Source of the DNA: Octopus sinensis
Lineage: Eukaryota
Direction of reading: 5' to 3'
Assembly (NCBI RefSeq): GCF_006345805.1
Contig: NW_021836648.1
Location: 1-23,570 of the forward strand
Length of the DNA: 23,570 bases
Positions 1 through 10,339 of this stretch are shown one piece after another. The stretch's first letter is position 1; the number at the start of each line of letters is the position of its first letter. The position numbers were made by a program, and so were the translations under genes. The notes beneath the pieces were generated by a model. It searched no databases and had not been told where the DNA came from. It saw nothing but the letters and a program-made list of their open reading frames with translations.

Positions 1-91
1 CATCTGATGGTCTGGTCGGTCACTGATCATGTGATAACAATATATGGCTATAATAGTAATTACTGATGTCAAAACATTCGTCTAAAAATCT

Positions 92-150
92 TAAAAGCGG
101 TGCTCCAGCATGGCCGGTGTCTAATGACTGAACATGTAAAAAATGAAGAG
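92..150 (+). mobile_element. SINE family B 3' tail fragment
   Basis: AAAGCGGTGCTCCAGCATGGCC...AATGACTGAAC matches 17123-17165. Confidence 0.6.
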
Positions 151-1017
151 AAAGGAAGAGAAAATAGAGCGGAGAGAATAGAATGGTTAGGAGAAATATG
201 AAAGCCCGGTACACTTGCAATATTTCTTGACTTACATTTACATACGTACTCTTTGTTATGCGAAAATGAAAAGTTTTTTCAAGCTTTCAGTGTATGATTT
301 GAAACCTGTTGGCAAAAAAAAAAAAAAAAAAAAAAACCGAAAAATAAAAGGAAAAAACTGAACAGAAACACTTAGGTGTTTGCTAAAGCGAAGACTGCCA
401 TGCGCTTGCTTCATGTCTTAAGTAGAAGTAAGAGTCTTCTTTTTAGTGTTTCATGTTTATGTAACGCTTGTCAGTATTTGTCGATCAACCTTTCAATCTA
501 ACACCTCGGTCTATTCATACGTTTCTCATATATCTATCCAGCTCTGTTTTTTTTCCAATATATTTTATATTTTATATATATAGACATATATGCAATCTAC
601 ATATAGTATATGTATGTATCTGGCTTACATATATATAATACACACATATACACATATACACACTTATGAATATATATACAAACACACATACACACTTATA
701 TATACATTCATATTACATACAGGCATGCATACATGCTTACGTGCATACAGACATACAGACATACAGACCCATATATAGTGAAAGGGAGAGACAGAAGGGA
801 GCGTTATGAATCATTCTTACATGCATACACACTAGTCACGTGCTGTGTAATTTTATACATGTGTGTGTAATCTAACGTATAGGGTGTATGTTTTATGAGT
901 TTACTAACTATCTTCAGTTATCTGTCGGTATGTCATTAAAGGTGTCCGTCTCTCTATCAGTATTTACGTTAATTCATACATTTGACGATAGCATTATATC
1001 TGTTTGGATATCTATCC

Positions 1018-1026
1018 ATGTGTGCG

Positions 1027-1072
<46 letters not shown>

Positions 1073-1110
1073 TGTGTGTGTATGTGTGTATGCGTGCGTG
1101 CGTGCGTGCG
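1018..1110. repeat. (TG)n/(TGCG)n microsatellite
   Basis: Direct reading. Confidence 0.95.
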
Positions 1111-1237
1111 TAAACAGAGGATTCATTGTATCTAATCCATTTCTGCATCTATTCATATATTTCATTATGCATGTCTGGGCGTTTGTGTTGATATATATAT
1201 GTATATTATATACCAATATCGAGCTTTTTCCTTTATG

Positions 1238-1295
1238 ACTCTCTCTCACTCTCTCTTTTTCTCTCCCTCCTTCCTCCTTTGTGTGTGTGTGTGTG

Positions 1296-1342
<47 letters not shown>

Positions 1343-1350
1343 ACTCTCTA
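1238..1350. repeat. Compound (CT)n/(TG)n microsatellite
   Basis: Direct reading. Confidence 0.9.
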
Positions 1351-2188
1351 CCAATCTATTTATCTATCTACTTCGCTTCCGACCTTCTGATATTTCCTCT
1401 GCCTGCCCAGATCCATCAATACGTTTATCTCCCTACCGGTTTATCTGTCTGACTGTCAATAGGTAGTTGTATGTATATCACTCCCTCTCCATCACCACCC
1501 CACTTTCATACCCGTACAATCACGTATACTATATAATTACTTACTACTTGTACAACACTATATTTTGTTCGAATATCTTCCCCACTTTTTGCAGTGTTTT
1601 TCCCCTATCTTTTACTTAACCTTTTTATCTGCTTCTTTTCGCTGTCCTATTTTTCTACCTTTCGCCAACAATTTTCTTAAAGCAATTTAGGAGAGCATGC
1701 TTCAGCAGCAATACTTTGCAAGCAAAGATAATGTAGCGAAGTGAAAGGCAAAACTAATGGTGAAATGGGAGAAGTTTGACGGGAAATAAAAGACAAAAAT
1801 GAAACAAACAAAATACACATGCAACATAAAAGACAGCTAAATAAATAAATGAAAAGGTGTGTGATGGGCAATTCACATCCGGACGTACGTTTTGACAGCA
1901 AAAGTGTGGACGAGTAGGAAGCTTCGCTGTTCATGAAGGACGCGGAGGGTCGTATGTGTGCAAAGATCCCGCAAAGTATGTCACGTAAGTCCAGTACGTT
2001 TGCGCTAAAATCAAAAGCCGACAAACACCATTTCACTGTGATGTGAAAATGAAGTAGAAAACAAAAAAACAAGACAGAAAAAAAAAATGAATTAGGAATA
2101 AAAAAGGATAAAAACATCAAAGGTAGTGAAAGTAGTGAGAAAGGGGAGAAAGTAAAGCATATCACAACGACGAAAACAAACATAAACC

Positions 2189-2423
2189 TATTTCTTTATA
2201 CCCACAAGGGCTAAACAAGAGGGGACAAACACAGAACAAGGCGGACATAGTATTAAAGCATCGACATCGACCCACATGCTAATACTAGTACGAATAAATT
2301 ATACCCCGAATGGATGAGAAGGCAAAGTCGACCTCGCGGAATTTGAACTCACAACGTAACGCAGACGAAATACCGCTAAGCATTTCGCCCGGCGTGCTAA
2401 CGATTCTGCCAGCTCGCTGCCTT
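2189..2423 (-). mobile_element. tRNA-derived SINE, family A, copy 1
   Basis: Homologous to the copies at 3253, 3817 and 8470. The sense strand has A-box-like TGGCAGAATCGTTAG and B-box-like GAGTTCAAATTC. Imperfect 18-bp TSD: CGAAAACAAACATAAACC (2171-2188) / CGAAAACAGCAATAAACC (2424-2441). Confidence 0.88.
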
Positions 2424-2512
2424 CGAAAACAGCAATAAACCACGAAACGGAAGACCTATCATGTATACCTACATAGACATACGCACACGCACATACATGC
2501 GTATGTATTATC

Positions 2513-2731
2513 TATTGTTTTATTTGTTTCAGTCATTAGATTGCGACCATACTGGGGCATTGTCTTGAGTGATTGCAGTCGAACGAATTGACCCCAATAC
2601 ATTTTTTTTTTCTTTTATAGACCGGATATTTTTTATCGCTAACTTTCGTTAAATCGTTAAATTATCGGAAGGCAAACACACCAACACCGGTTGACAAGTG
2701 GTGGTGAGGAACAAACATAGACACACACACA

Positions 2732-2813
<82 letters not shown>

Positions 2814-2990
2814 CGTGTTTGTGTATGTACATATACTGCGAGCTTCTTGCAGTGTCCGTCTACTAAATCCATACACAAGGCTTTGGTCAACCTCAGGCTA
2901 TCGGAGAAGGCACTCACCCAAGATGCTGCCATGCAGTGGGACTGAACTCGGAACCATGTATTTGGGAAACAAGCTTCTTACCACACATCA
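2513..2990 (-). mobile_element. SINE family B copy with internal (CA)n
   Basis: Reverse complement matches 16749-17178: GTTTCAGTCATT tail, CACCAACACCGGTTGACAAG middle, CCCAAGATGCTGCCATGCAGTGGGACTGAAC head. Confidence 0.8.
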
Positions 2991-3016
2991 TTAAAGTAGT
3001 CAGTAATATATACATA

Positions 3017-3774
3017 TAGGGTGCGGTGAATAAATTGTCGTCGAAATTACGCAAAAAGCAAAATAACACTGCCATCTCATTTTAACAAATACATGAGGAA
3101 TACCGAATGTCTTCAGGTACTACCTGCCTGATAAAAAACTCAGACACTCCCATCTCCCTGGCGATGGACCTGATTCACTTAGAGGGATCGATGTCAATAA
3201 GTCTGGATCTCAGGAGTTCTTTTCCTAGTGAATTTTTCGAGGTGCCATACCTATTTCTTTATTACCCACAAGGGGCTAAACACAGAGAGGACAAACAAGG
3301 ACAGACAAACTGATTAAGTCGATTATATCGACTCAGTGCGTAATGGTACTTAATTTATCGACCCGAAAGGATGAAAGGTAGTAAAGTCGACCCGGCGGAA
3401 TTTGAACTCAGAACGTAACGGCAGACGAAATACTGCTAAGCATTTCGCCCGGCGTACTAACGTTTCTGCCAGCTCGCTATACCTTCGTAATCACCATTAG
3501 ACTCATCAAACTCTTTCCGAATCCTCTGCACTGACCTCCGATTGACACCCAAACACTGAAATGTTCGTATTCGAGCTTTCGGTGCGAATGCCAAGCAATA
3601 CAACATGTTGTTTCTAAATTTCTGGCAGAGTGAATTGCGTGATGGTGCTGTATTTCTCTCTGACCGTGCCCAACTGACCCTACTATACTGTGAAGCCGAC
3701 AAAATAAGCAACAAACAATGCGCATGCGCGAAATTAAAAATATAAAGTGGCGACAATTTACCCATCACACCCTG
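3017..3774 (-). mobile_element. Internally deleted Tc1/mariner DNA transposon (maT/DD37D-like), interrupted by a SINE
   Basis: 26-bp imperfect TIRs (3017-3042 vs rc of 3749-3774; 20/26, all differences are transitions; (C)AGGGTG start). Minus-strand remnant reads ...LLGIRTESSNTNIS/CLGVNRRSVQRIRKEFDESNGDYEG|SINE|MAPRKIH..KRTPE..IDIDPSK*IRSIAREMGVSEFFIRQVVPEDIRY, a paired-HTH N-terminus. The catalytic domain is absent, so the subfamily call is from memory of similar proteins. Confidence 0.8.
3253..3478 (-). mobile_element. tRNA-derived SINE, family A, copy 2 (nested in the transposase remnant)
   Basis: Near-identical to copy 3. Short duplication ATACCT at 3247-3252 and 3479-3484; removing the insert rejoins the transposase reading YEG-MAPRK. 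Confidence 0.9.
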
Positions 3775-3816
3775 TGTGTGTGCGTGACACAGACAAAAAC
3801 AGGTATACTAAATACC

Positions 3817-4051
3817 TATTTCTTTACTACCCACAAGGGGCTAAACACAGAGAGGACAAACAAGGACAGACAAACTGATTAAGTCGATTATATCGACTCC
3901 AGTGCGTAACTGGTACTTAATTTATCGAGCCCGAAAGGATGAAAGGCAAAGTCGACCTCGGCGGAACTTGAACTCAGAACGTAGCGGCAGACGAAATACG
4001 GCTACGCATTTCGCCCGGCGTGCTAACGTTTCTGCCAGATCGCCGCCTTAG
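3817..4051 (-). mobile_element. tRNA-derived SINE, family A, copy 3
   Basis: Full-length copy with a perfect 16-bp TSD AGGTATACTAAATACC at 3801-3816 and 4052-4067. Confidence 0.93.
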
Positions 4052-4569
4052 AGGTATACTAAATACCAAATTCTTGAATTATTTGTATTATTTCAGCCTC
4101 TAGAAGAGTGGTTATAATTATGATAGGGCGCTGGGGGCGGTGTTGTTGTGGTGCTGTTGGTGGTGTCAGCGACGGCGGCGGTGGCAGCGTTGATTGTAGT
4201 CATTCAAAATATGATTGTCATAATATGGTGACAAAATAGTGTTTGCTGCTGTTGTTGTCCTTGACCAAATATATTCCAGATATGACCATCCTGTCACTCT
4301 CTTCCATGTAGAGGGAGTCTTGACAAAGTTACCCAAAGTTCCCATATCTAAAATGTCGAAAATATCCGGTTACTATTTCTAGCAGACCGAACGACCACAT
4401 AGAGGCTTCATCATTAGCCCGTTAAACAGTGGTGGAGGGTAGAGATAGTATTTGTGTTAGAGTCGGCAAGAAGGAGTTAAGCAATTAGTCGTAGGATCGC
4501 TAATGTTAGTGAAAGGCTGTGATAAGAGTGTAGGTGAAGTGACGTGGAGGGTGACACTACGTAGTTCAA

Positions 4570-4771
4570 GATGATGATGATGATGATTGTGATCATGATC
4601 ATGATCATGATGGTGTGGTGGTGGTGGTGGTGTGGTGGCCACGGTTGTCGTCCTGTTGATAGTAGTGGTGCGGTGGGGGAGGAGGTGATGCTGGTGACAA
4701 CGATGATGATGACGGTAGTGGGTGGTGTGGTGATGGTGATGATGATGATGAAGATGATGATGATGATGATT

Positions 4772-4817
<46 letters not shown>

Positions 4818-4835
4818 CGATGATGATGATGGCGG

Positions 4836-4876
<41 letters not shown>

Positions 4877-4880
4877 GCGG

Positions 4881-4918
<38 letters not shown>

Positions 4919-5022
4919 GCGGTGATGACGACGCCGACGACGACGATGATGATGGGGGTGATGACGGCGAAGAATAGGAGAATGGGAGAATGGTAGGGAT
5001 GGTGATGATGATGACGACGACG
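4570..5022. repeat. Long imperfect (GAT)n/(GGT)n trinucleotide tract
   Basis: Direct reading; source of the poly-His and poly-Met ORFs. Confidence 0.95.
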
Positions 5023-5256
5023 TCAACAACGAGGGCTTTTTTTTGATGATAAAGAACGGGGTGGTTTATAAGGAAGGTGATTGGCGATGTTTTGTATTGT
5101 GATTATTATTGGTGGTGTGTGGTCTGTAGTCAACTACTTGTTGTTTTAAAGTGTGGGTGTGTGTCCATGGTGTATGGGTTGTTATGCGTGGGTTGTTATT
5201 CCGACATGATCCGTTGTGTAAAGTGTTAGAATTTAATCTAAAAAACTAGGGTTGAA

Positions 5257-5512
5257 ACAGACAGATAGGGAGACAGACAAATAGGGAGACAGACAAGAAG
5301 ATAGTGAGAATGAGAGAGGAAGAGACAGAGAGAAAAAGAGAGAGAGAGAGAGTGAAAGACAGACAGACTGACTGACAAACAGACTTACAGAGATTTCTTC
5401 AACCACAAACACACACACAGGTATATAATACATACAGGTGCATGCTTGTAAATACGTGTATGCATTTATATATACACATGTAATTATAAACATACCACAC
5501 CACATACATAAA

Positions 5513-5562
<50 letters not shown>

Positions 5563-5690
5563 CATATATATAAAATATATTAATATACATATAATATATA
5601 TGTATATATATATATATGTGTGTGTGTGTGCGTGTGTGTGTGTGTGTGTGTCCGTGTGTGTGTGTATGTATATATATATATATATAACAA
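5257..5690. repeat. Compound (GA/GACA)n, (TA)n, (TG)n microsatellites
   Basis: Direct reading. Confidence 0.9.
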
Positions 5691-5839
5691 TAATATTAAG
5701 GAATGGCCTTGATAGGCCATTCGACTCACTAAAAAGAACAGCCAAACCGCTGGTGGCGAAAAATTTCTCTTGAATTTTTGCTACCCTGATATTGATTTTA
5801 AAAAAAATATATATATATTATATATATATATACATATAC

Positions 5840-5890
5840 ATGGTGCTCCAGAATGGCTGCAGTCAAATGACAGGAGCAAATAAAAGAATA
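5840..5890 (+). mobile_element. SINE family B 3' tail fragment
   Basis: GGTGCTCCAGAATGGCTGCAGTCAAATGAC...TAAAAGAATA matches the family B tail. Confidence 0.6.
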
Positions 5891-6744
5891 TATATATATT
5901 ATATATATTATATATATATATATACATGTAGATGCTTACATATGCACGAGTACGTGTGTGTGTGTGTGTGTGTGTGTGTGCGTTTTGTGTGTGTGTATGC
6001 ACGTGTATGTGTATGTGTGCGTTGTGTGTACATACACATCGACACACGTGTATGTTTGTTTATGCAAGAGAGATACCGAGAGAGAAGAGAGAGAAAAGCA
6101 ACATTAAAATATATACATTGAGAGAATGAGAGAAAGAAGGAATGATAGTAGAAAAAATACATTAAAGTTTGAGTTGGAGGTGTAGAGTGATAACTGCCGG
6201 AAGCTAGAGTTTATTTGCCTTATCCTTTGGGGGTAGTCAGTTGTCAGCAAGTTCCAGGTATGTTACCAGCGGAAGTGGCTTTAGGCCATGGTGAAGAAGG
6301 ACCGAACCGATAAAACCGAGATCGTCTGACGCCACTTACCTCCCTTGTAGTTGACATTGGCAGTTGCCTGGCACTTAGACACGAGTCTCACTCTATCGAC
6401 CACACGCACGCCGGCCCAAAATGTTGTGTGTGTGTGTGTGTGTGCACTTGTGGTTGTGTGTATGTTGTCTCGTCGGCCAGAATTAAAGTGAGAATTGTAT
6501 ATATATATATATATATATACACACAATACCGGGGCACAAACACAGTTTGTGCGAACAAGTTCACCCTGTCAACTCTCCGACAGGTGGCGTCATCATTTCG
6601 AGCTAAATTACAGGTTACTGGAATGTGTCCAAATCAATCCTTTCGTCGCCATGTTTCCATTGAAACGCACCACCTTTCTTCATTTGAATTTTAAAATAAT
6701 GAAGAATTTAGTAAATTAGCTGTCATCTCATTACAGTAACGTGG

Positions 6745-6966
6745 GGACGGCGAACTTGAAGAATCGGTAAAGAGTGGGAGAAAATGCTTTACGGTATATT
6801 TGTTCTGGGTATTTATGTTCTTAGTTTTAAATCCCGCCAAGAACAACATTTCTTTTCATCGCTTCATAATTCATAATATGAAGTACCAATTAGCATAGTG
6901 GAGTCAATGTAACCGACTTACCTGCTTTCCTTTAAAAATTTCAGGCATTAAAACAAAATTTGAAAC
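6745..6966 (+). mobile_element. Old, diverged relative of SINE family A with a different 3' tail
   Basis: Collinear degenerate matches to the family A sense strand: GGCGAACTTGAAGAATCGGTA, AAATGCTTTACGGTAT, GTTCTTAGTTTTAAATCCCGCCAAG, CTTTTCATC, AAGTACCAATT, GTCAATGTAACCGACTTA. Confidence 0.6.
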
Positions 6967-7346
6967 GGTTATTAATCTGGTATTTTGGAGTATAAATTGA
7001 TATAAATTTGGATACAAGGTTTTAATATACATCATTTTAAAACATGGAATATGTGTCATAGAATCAGGGGAAGTGTTAAGCGCGTTCGTGTTAAAAGAGT
7101 TACACATACTAGTGATAGTCGAATAACGAACTATTAAAATTTTATTGAAATTCACAGATATTAAACTCGCTTTTAATTGGTGGTTAAGTTACTGGTCTAC
7201 TAAAAAGATACATTGTGAAAGCAATGTTTGTAGGGCTGTATTGATAGTTATTTATAAAAAAAAAATTATATCGTGGGTACGATAATGTTCTAAAAACTAA
7301 TATTTTTTGCACACGCACACTATGTGTGCATGAATGAATATATAAA

Positions 7347-7348
<2 letters not shown>

Positions 7349-7393
<45 letters not shown>

Positions 7394-7470
7394 GCATATA
7401 TGCATACACATATATGTATGTATATATATATATGTATGTATATATATATATAGAGATATATATATAGATA
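7349..7470. repeat. (TA)n-rich microsatellite
   Basis: Direct reading. Confidence 0.9.
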
Positions 7471-7620
7471 TATTTCTCTCCTTGTTTTTTCTGTGTCCAT
7501 TTCTGTAGAAAAGCGTAGGCTCGAAACGTAAAAGACTTTTTCTATTCCTGAGCGTTATATTAATACACCTGTTTGTTTTGTACGCCACCTGTCTTCGTCT
7601 TTTGTTTTTTCGTAAACTCT

Positions 7621-7623
<3 letters not shown>
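7470..7623 (+). mobile_element. Probable Penelope-like element terminal-repeat fragment with a minimal hammerhead-like motif, between (TA)n tracts
   Basis: TTT-CTGTAGA-A-AAGC-GTAG-GCTC-GAAA-CGTA-AAA at 7500-7533 resembles the minimal CTGANGA...GAAACGT hammerheads of Penelope-like elements, with one core deviation. The block is flanked by TA microsatellite on both sides. Confidence 0.5.
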
Positions 7624-7659
<36 letters not shown>

Positions 7660-7810
7660 CGTACATACATACATACATACATACATATATACATACATAC
7701 ATACATACATACATACATACGTACGTACATACATAAATACATACATATGTGTGTTTGTGTGTGTGCAACACTGCATACATACACACACACACATATACAC
7801 ATGCACACAC
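7624..7810. repeat. (TA)n-(TACA)n microsatellite
   Basis: Direct reading. Confidence 0.9.
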
Positions 7811-7985
7811 CGGTCGATACAGATATCCACAGACCTCCAAGACTGTTTTGACTTAAACAAACAGAAACGCGCCAATTAGTTAGCGACTGACTTAATTCTG
7901 CAACCGAAAAGCGTTAAATAAATCAAAGAAAATTACAAATATACATTACACACACAGACACACCTACACGTAATGCTTATATATA

Positions 7986-8385
7986 GGCGCTAGTATCGCA
8001 ATATGGTTAAGTTGCTCGCATTGCAATCTCGTGGTTTCGGATTCATTCCCATTGTGTGGCACCTGGGGCAAGTATCTTTTATTATAGCCCTAAGACGACC
8101 AATGGCTTTTGAGTGAATTTGCTTGAAGGGGTCTGAATGGAAGCCTTTGTATCTATATGAGTAATTGTGGTCCTGTTCTTTGTTCATTAGCCACCACCAC
8201 TTGACAGCCGCTTGATTCTGGTATACGCACTTAGCAGTTCGGCAAAAGCATTTGGTAGAATACGTAACAGGTTAAAAAAAGAAAATAGCGACAAGTGTTG
8301 ATTTGTTCGACCAAAACCTTTAAGGCGATTCCCTAACAAGGCCACAGTCCAATGACTGAACAACTAAAAATAAGAGATGAAAGAT
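7986..8385 (+). mobile_element. SINE family B, diverged full-length copy
   Basis: TGTGGCACCTGGGGCAAGTATCTT, GACCAATGGCTTTTGAGTGAATTTG, CTTGACAGCCG, TTAGCAGTTCGGCAAAAG and AATGACTGAAC are collinear with the 16749 copy. Confidence 0.8.
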
Positions 8386-8469
8386 GAAGGTTGTATTTCC
8401 TGGTGTTATGAAGATTAACTTGCAAATTAGATAAGCAATAGCTGCATTGCCAGGATTGTCTGTAATACC

Positions 8470-8694
8470 TATTTCTTTACTACCCACAAGGGGCTAAACA
8501 CAGAGGGGACAAAGAAGGACAGACAAGCGGATTAAGTCGATTATATCGACCCCAGTGCGTAACTGGTACTTATTTAATCGACCCCGAAAGGATGAAAGGC
8601 AAAGTCGACCTCGGCGGAATTTGAACGCAGAACGTAACGGCAGACGAAATGCGGCTAGGCATTTCGCCTGGCGTGCTAACGTTTCTGCCAGCTC
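8470..8694 (-). mobile_element. tRNA-derived SINE, family A, copy 4
   Basis: Near-identical to copy 3; perfect 12-bp TSD GTCTGTAATACC at 8458-8469 and 8695-8706. Confidence 0.92.
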
Positions 8695-9051
8695 GTCTGT
8701 AATACCAGATTGTCTGTAGTACCTTTATGTAAAAGCCTTAAGCGCTTGCAAACTTTCCAAAAAAAAACCCTTGCAACAGACTGCAACAGAAACCAAAACC
8801 AGTGGCACAGCAGATACTCCCTCGAAAACCAAACACGAATACCACGAATACCACTACAAGAACCAAAGAGAAATTTAACGAAGAGCGACTCGTAAACCTA
8901 CGCAGAAACATACTGGGACAACGTAGTCGCTCGGTGCATAGCGTGGATTTGAAAAAGAGACATATTGAATCCTTACTTGAACACAACAATAATCAATATC
9001 ATCCCTTCCTACATCTTGTCGCTAACTCGAAATTGTATCTTAGACGCATAT

Positions 9052-9442
9052 GGATGGAAGCACTCCGTCGGTTACGACGATGAGGGTTCCGGTTGATCCG
9101 AATCAACGGAACAGCCTGCTCGTGAAATTAACGTGTAAGTGGCTGAGCACTCCACAGACACGTGCACCCCTAACGTAGCTCTCGGGGATATTCAGCGTGA
9201 CACAGAGAGTGACAAGGCCGGCCCCTTGAAATACAGGTACAACAGAAACAGGAAGTAAGAGTGAGAGAAAGTTGTGGTGAAAGAGTACAGCAGGGATCAC
9301 CACCATCCCCTGCCGGAGCCTCGTGGAACCTTTTAGATGTTTTCGCTCAATAAACACTCACAACGCCCGGTCTGGGAATCGAAACCGCGATCCTATGACC
9401 GCGAATCCGCTGTCCTAACCACTGGGCCATTGAGCCTCCACG
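9052..9442 (-). mobile_element. tRNA-derived SINE, family C, full length
   Basis: Sense 5' end GTGGAGGCTCAATGGCCCAGTGGTTAGG (A box) ... GGTTTCGATTCCC (B box). Perfect 12-bp TSD TTAGACGCATAT at 9040-9051 and 9443-9454. Confidence 0.9.
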
Positions 9443-9718
9443 TTAGACGCATATAGTACCTCTATCAATTTACGAATGCAAATCAATGTTTGTTTATTAG
9501 TAAGTTTTTTTTTTCCACTTGCTGAGCGAAAGGTCGTCTCATTATCAGCTCGTCACTCGTTAAGCCTGTTTGTTTGTTTCCTGAAATCTCGCTGTCTACC
9601 CTCCATCTTGTAAACATGCTGTCGTCCAACCATGACACTCTACACCATTCCATCGTCCCAAACAGTAATTCTTTTGCCACCGTGTATTTATATTTGCATT
9701 TATCTCCTTGCTCTTACT

Positions 9719-9849
9719 TCTCTCTCTCTCTTTCCCTCTCTCTCTATCTCCCTCTCTCTCTCTCTCTCTCTCTCTCGTTTTCCTCACCTCTTTCCCTCGT
9801 CCAATCCATAACGCTTTCTATTTTCGTTTTTCTTTCTTATTCCAATCTT

Positions 9850-9903
<54 letters not shown>

Positions 9904-9992
9904 CACTACTACTACTACTACTACTATTACTACTACTACTACTACTACTACTACTGCTGCTGCTACTACTACTACTACTACTACTACTACTA
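9719..9992. repeat. (CT)n followed by (CTA)n microsatellite
   Basis: Direct reading: (CT)n 9719-9776, (CTA)n 9849-9992. Confidence 0.93.
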
Positions 9993-10206
9993 TATTCTTC
10001 TCCATCCCTATCATTACACTTCAATTCTTTTCTTTCAAATTGTTGTTATACTTAATCTCCTAAATCTGTCCCTTCTCTATTCCACTATCGCAACCAACAC
10101 TACTACTACCTTATCCTTAAGAACACCATGACCCACGATCATCATCATGATCATCATGAAATCCTTATTAATAGGCTACTAACCATCGCTGTCATCATAT
10201 ATACAG

Positions 10207-10248
<42 letters not shown>

Positions 10249-10339
10249 TATACATATAGCTACATACACATGTATATATATATTATATATATATATATTA
10301 TATATATATATATATGTAATACATCATATATAACAAAGT

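Noticed and set aside
314-336. Poly(A) run as a retrocopy tail
   Set aside because: No TSD or identifiable upstream body.
1677-2183. 168-aa minus-strand ORF
   Set aside because: Phe/Leu bias comes from the A-rich plus strand; no motif recognised.
2189-4051. Three similar ~235-nt repeats as a CRISPR-like or tandem array
   Set aside because: Irregular spacing and individual TSDs show independent SINE insertions; the context is eukaryotic.
4457-5029. 190-aa poly-His ORF and antisense poly-Met ORF
   Set aside because: Translation of a (GAT)n tract; no complex coding sequence or clear splice context.
6330-6420. Minus-strand AG/GTAAGT splice donor with GC-richer upstream sequence
   Set aside because: One such 8-mer is expected by chance in a window this size; no convincing acceptor or recognisable peptide.
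6630-6730. Possible piggyBac-type MITE end (AATCCTTTCGTCGCC...AATGAAGAATTTAGTAAA)
   Set aside because: Only a vague resemblance; no TTAA site or partner TIR found.
7184-7840. 218-aa ORF and the many other YI/CV/HT-rich ORFs
   Set aside because: Dinucleotide repeats lack stop codons, so these are artefacts.
9365-9442. Possible genuine tRNA gene
   Set aside because: It is the tRNA-derived head of a TSD-flanked SINE and lacks a proper acceptor stem.
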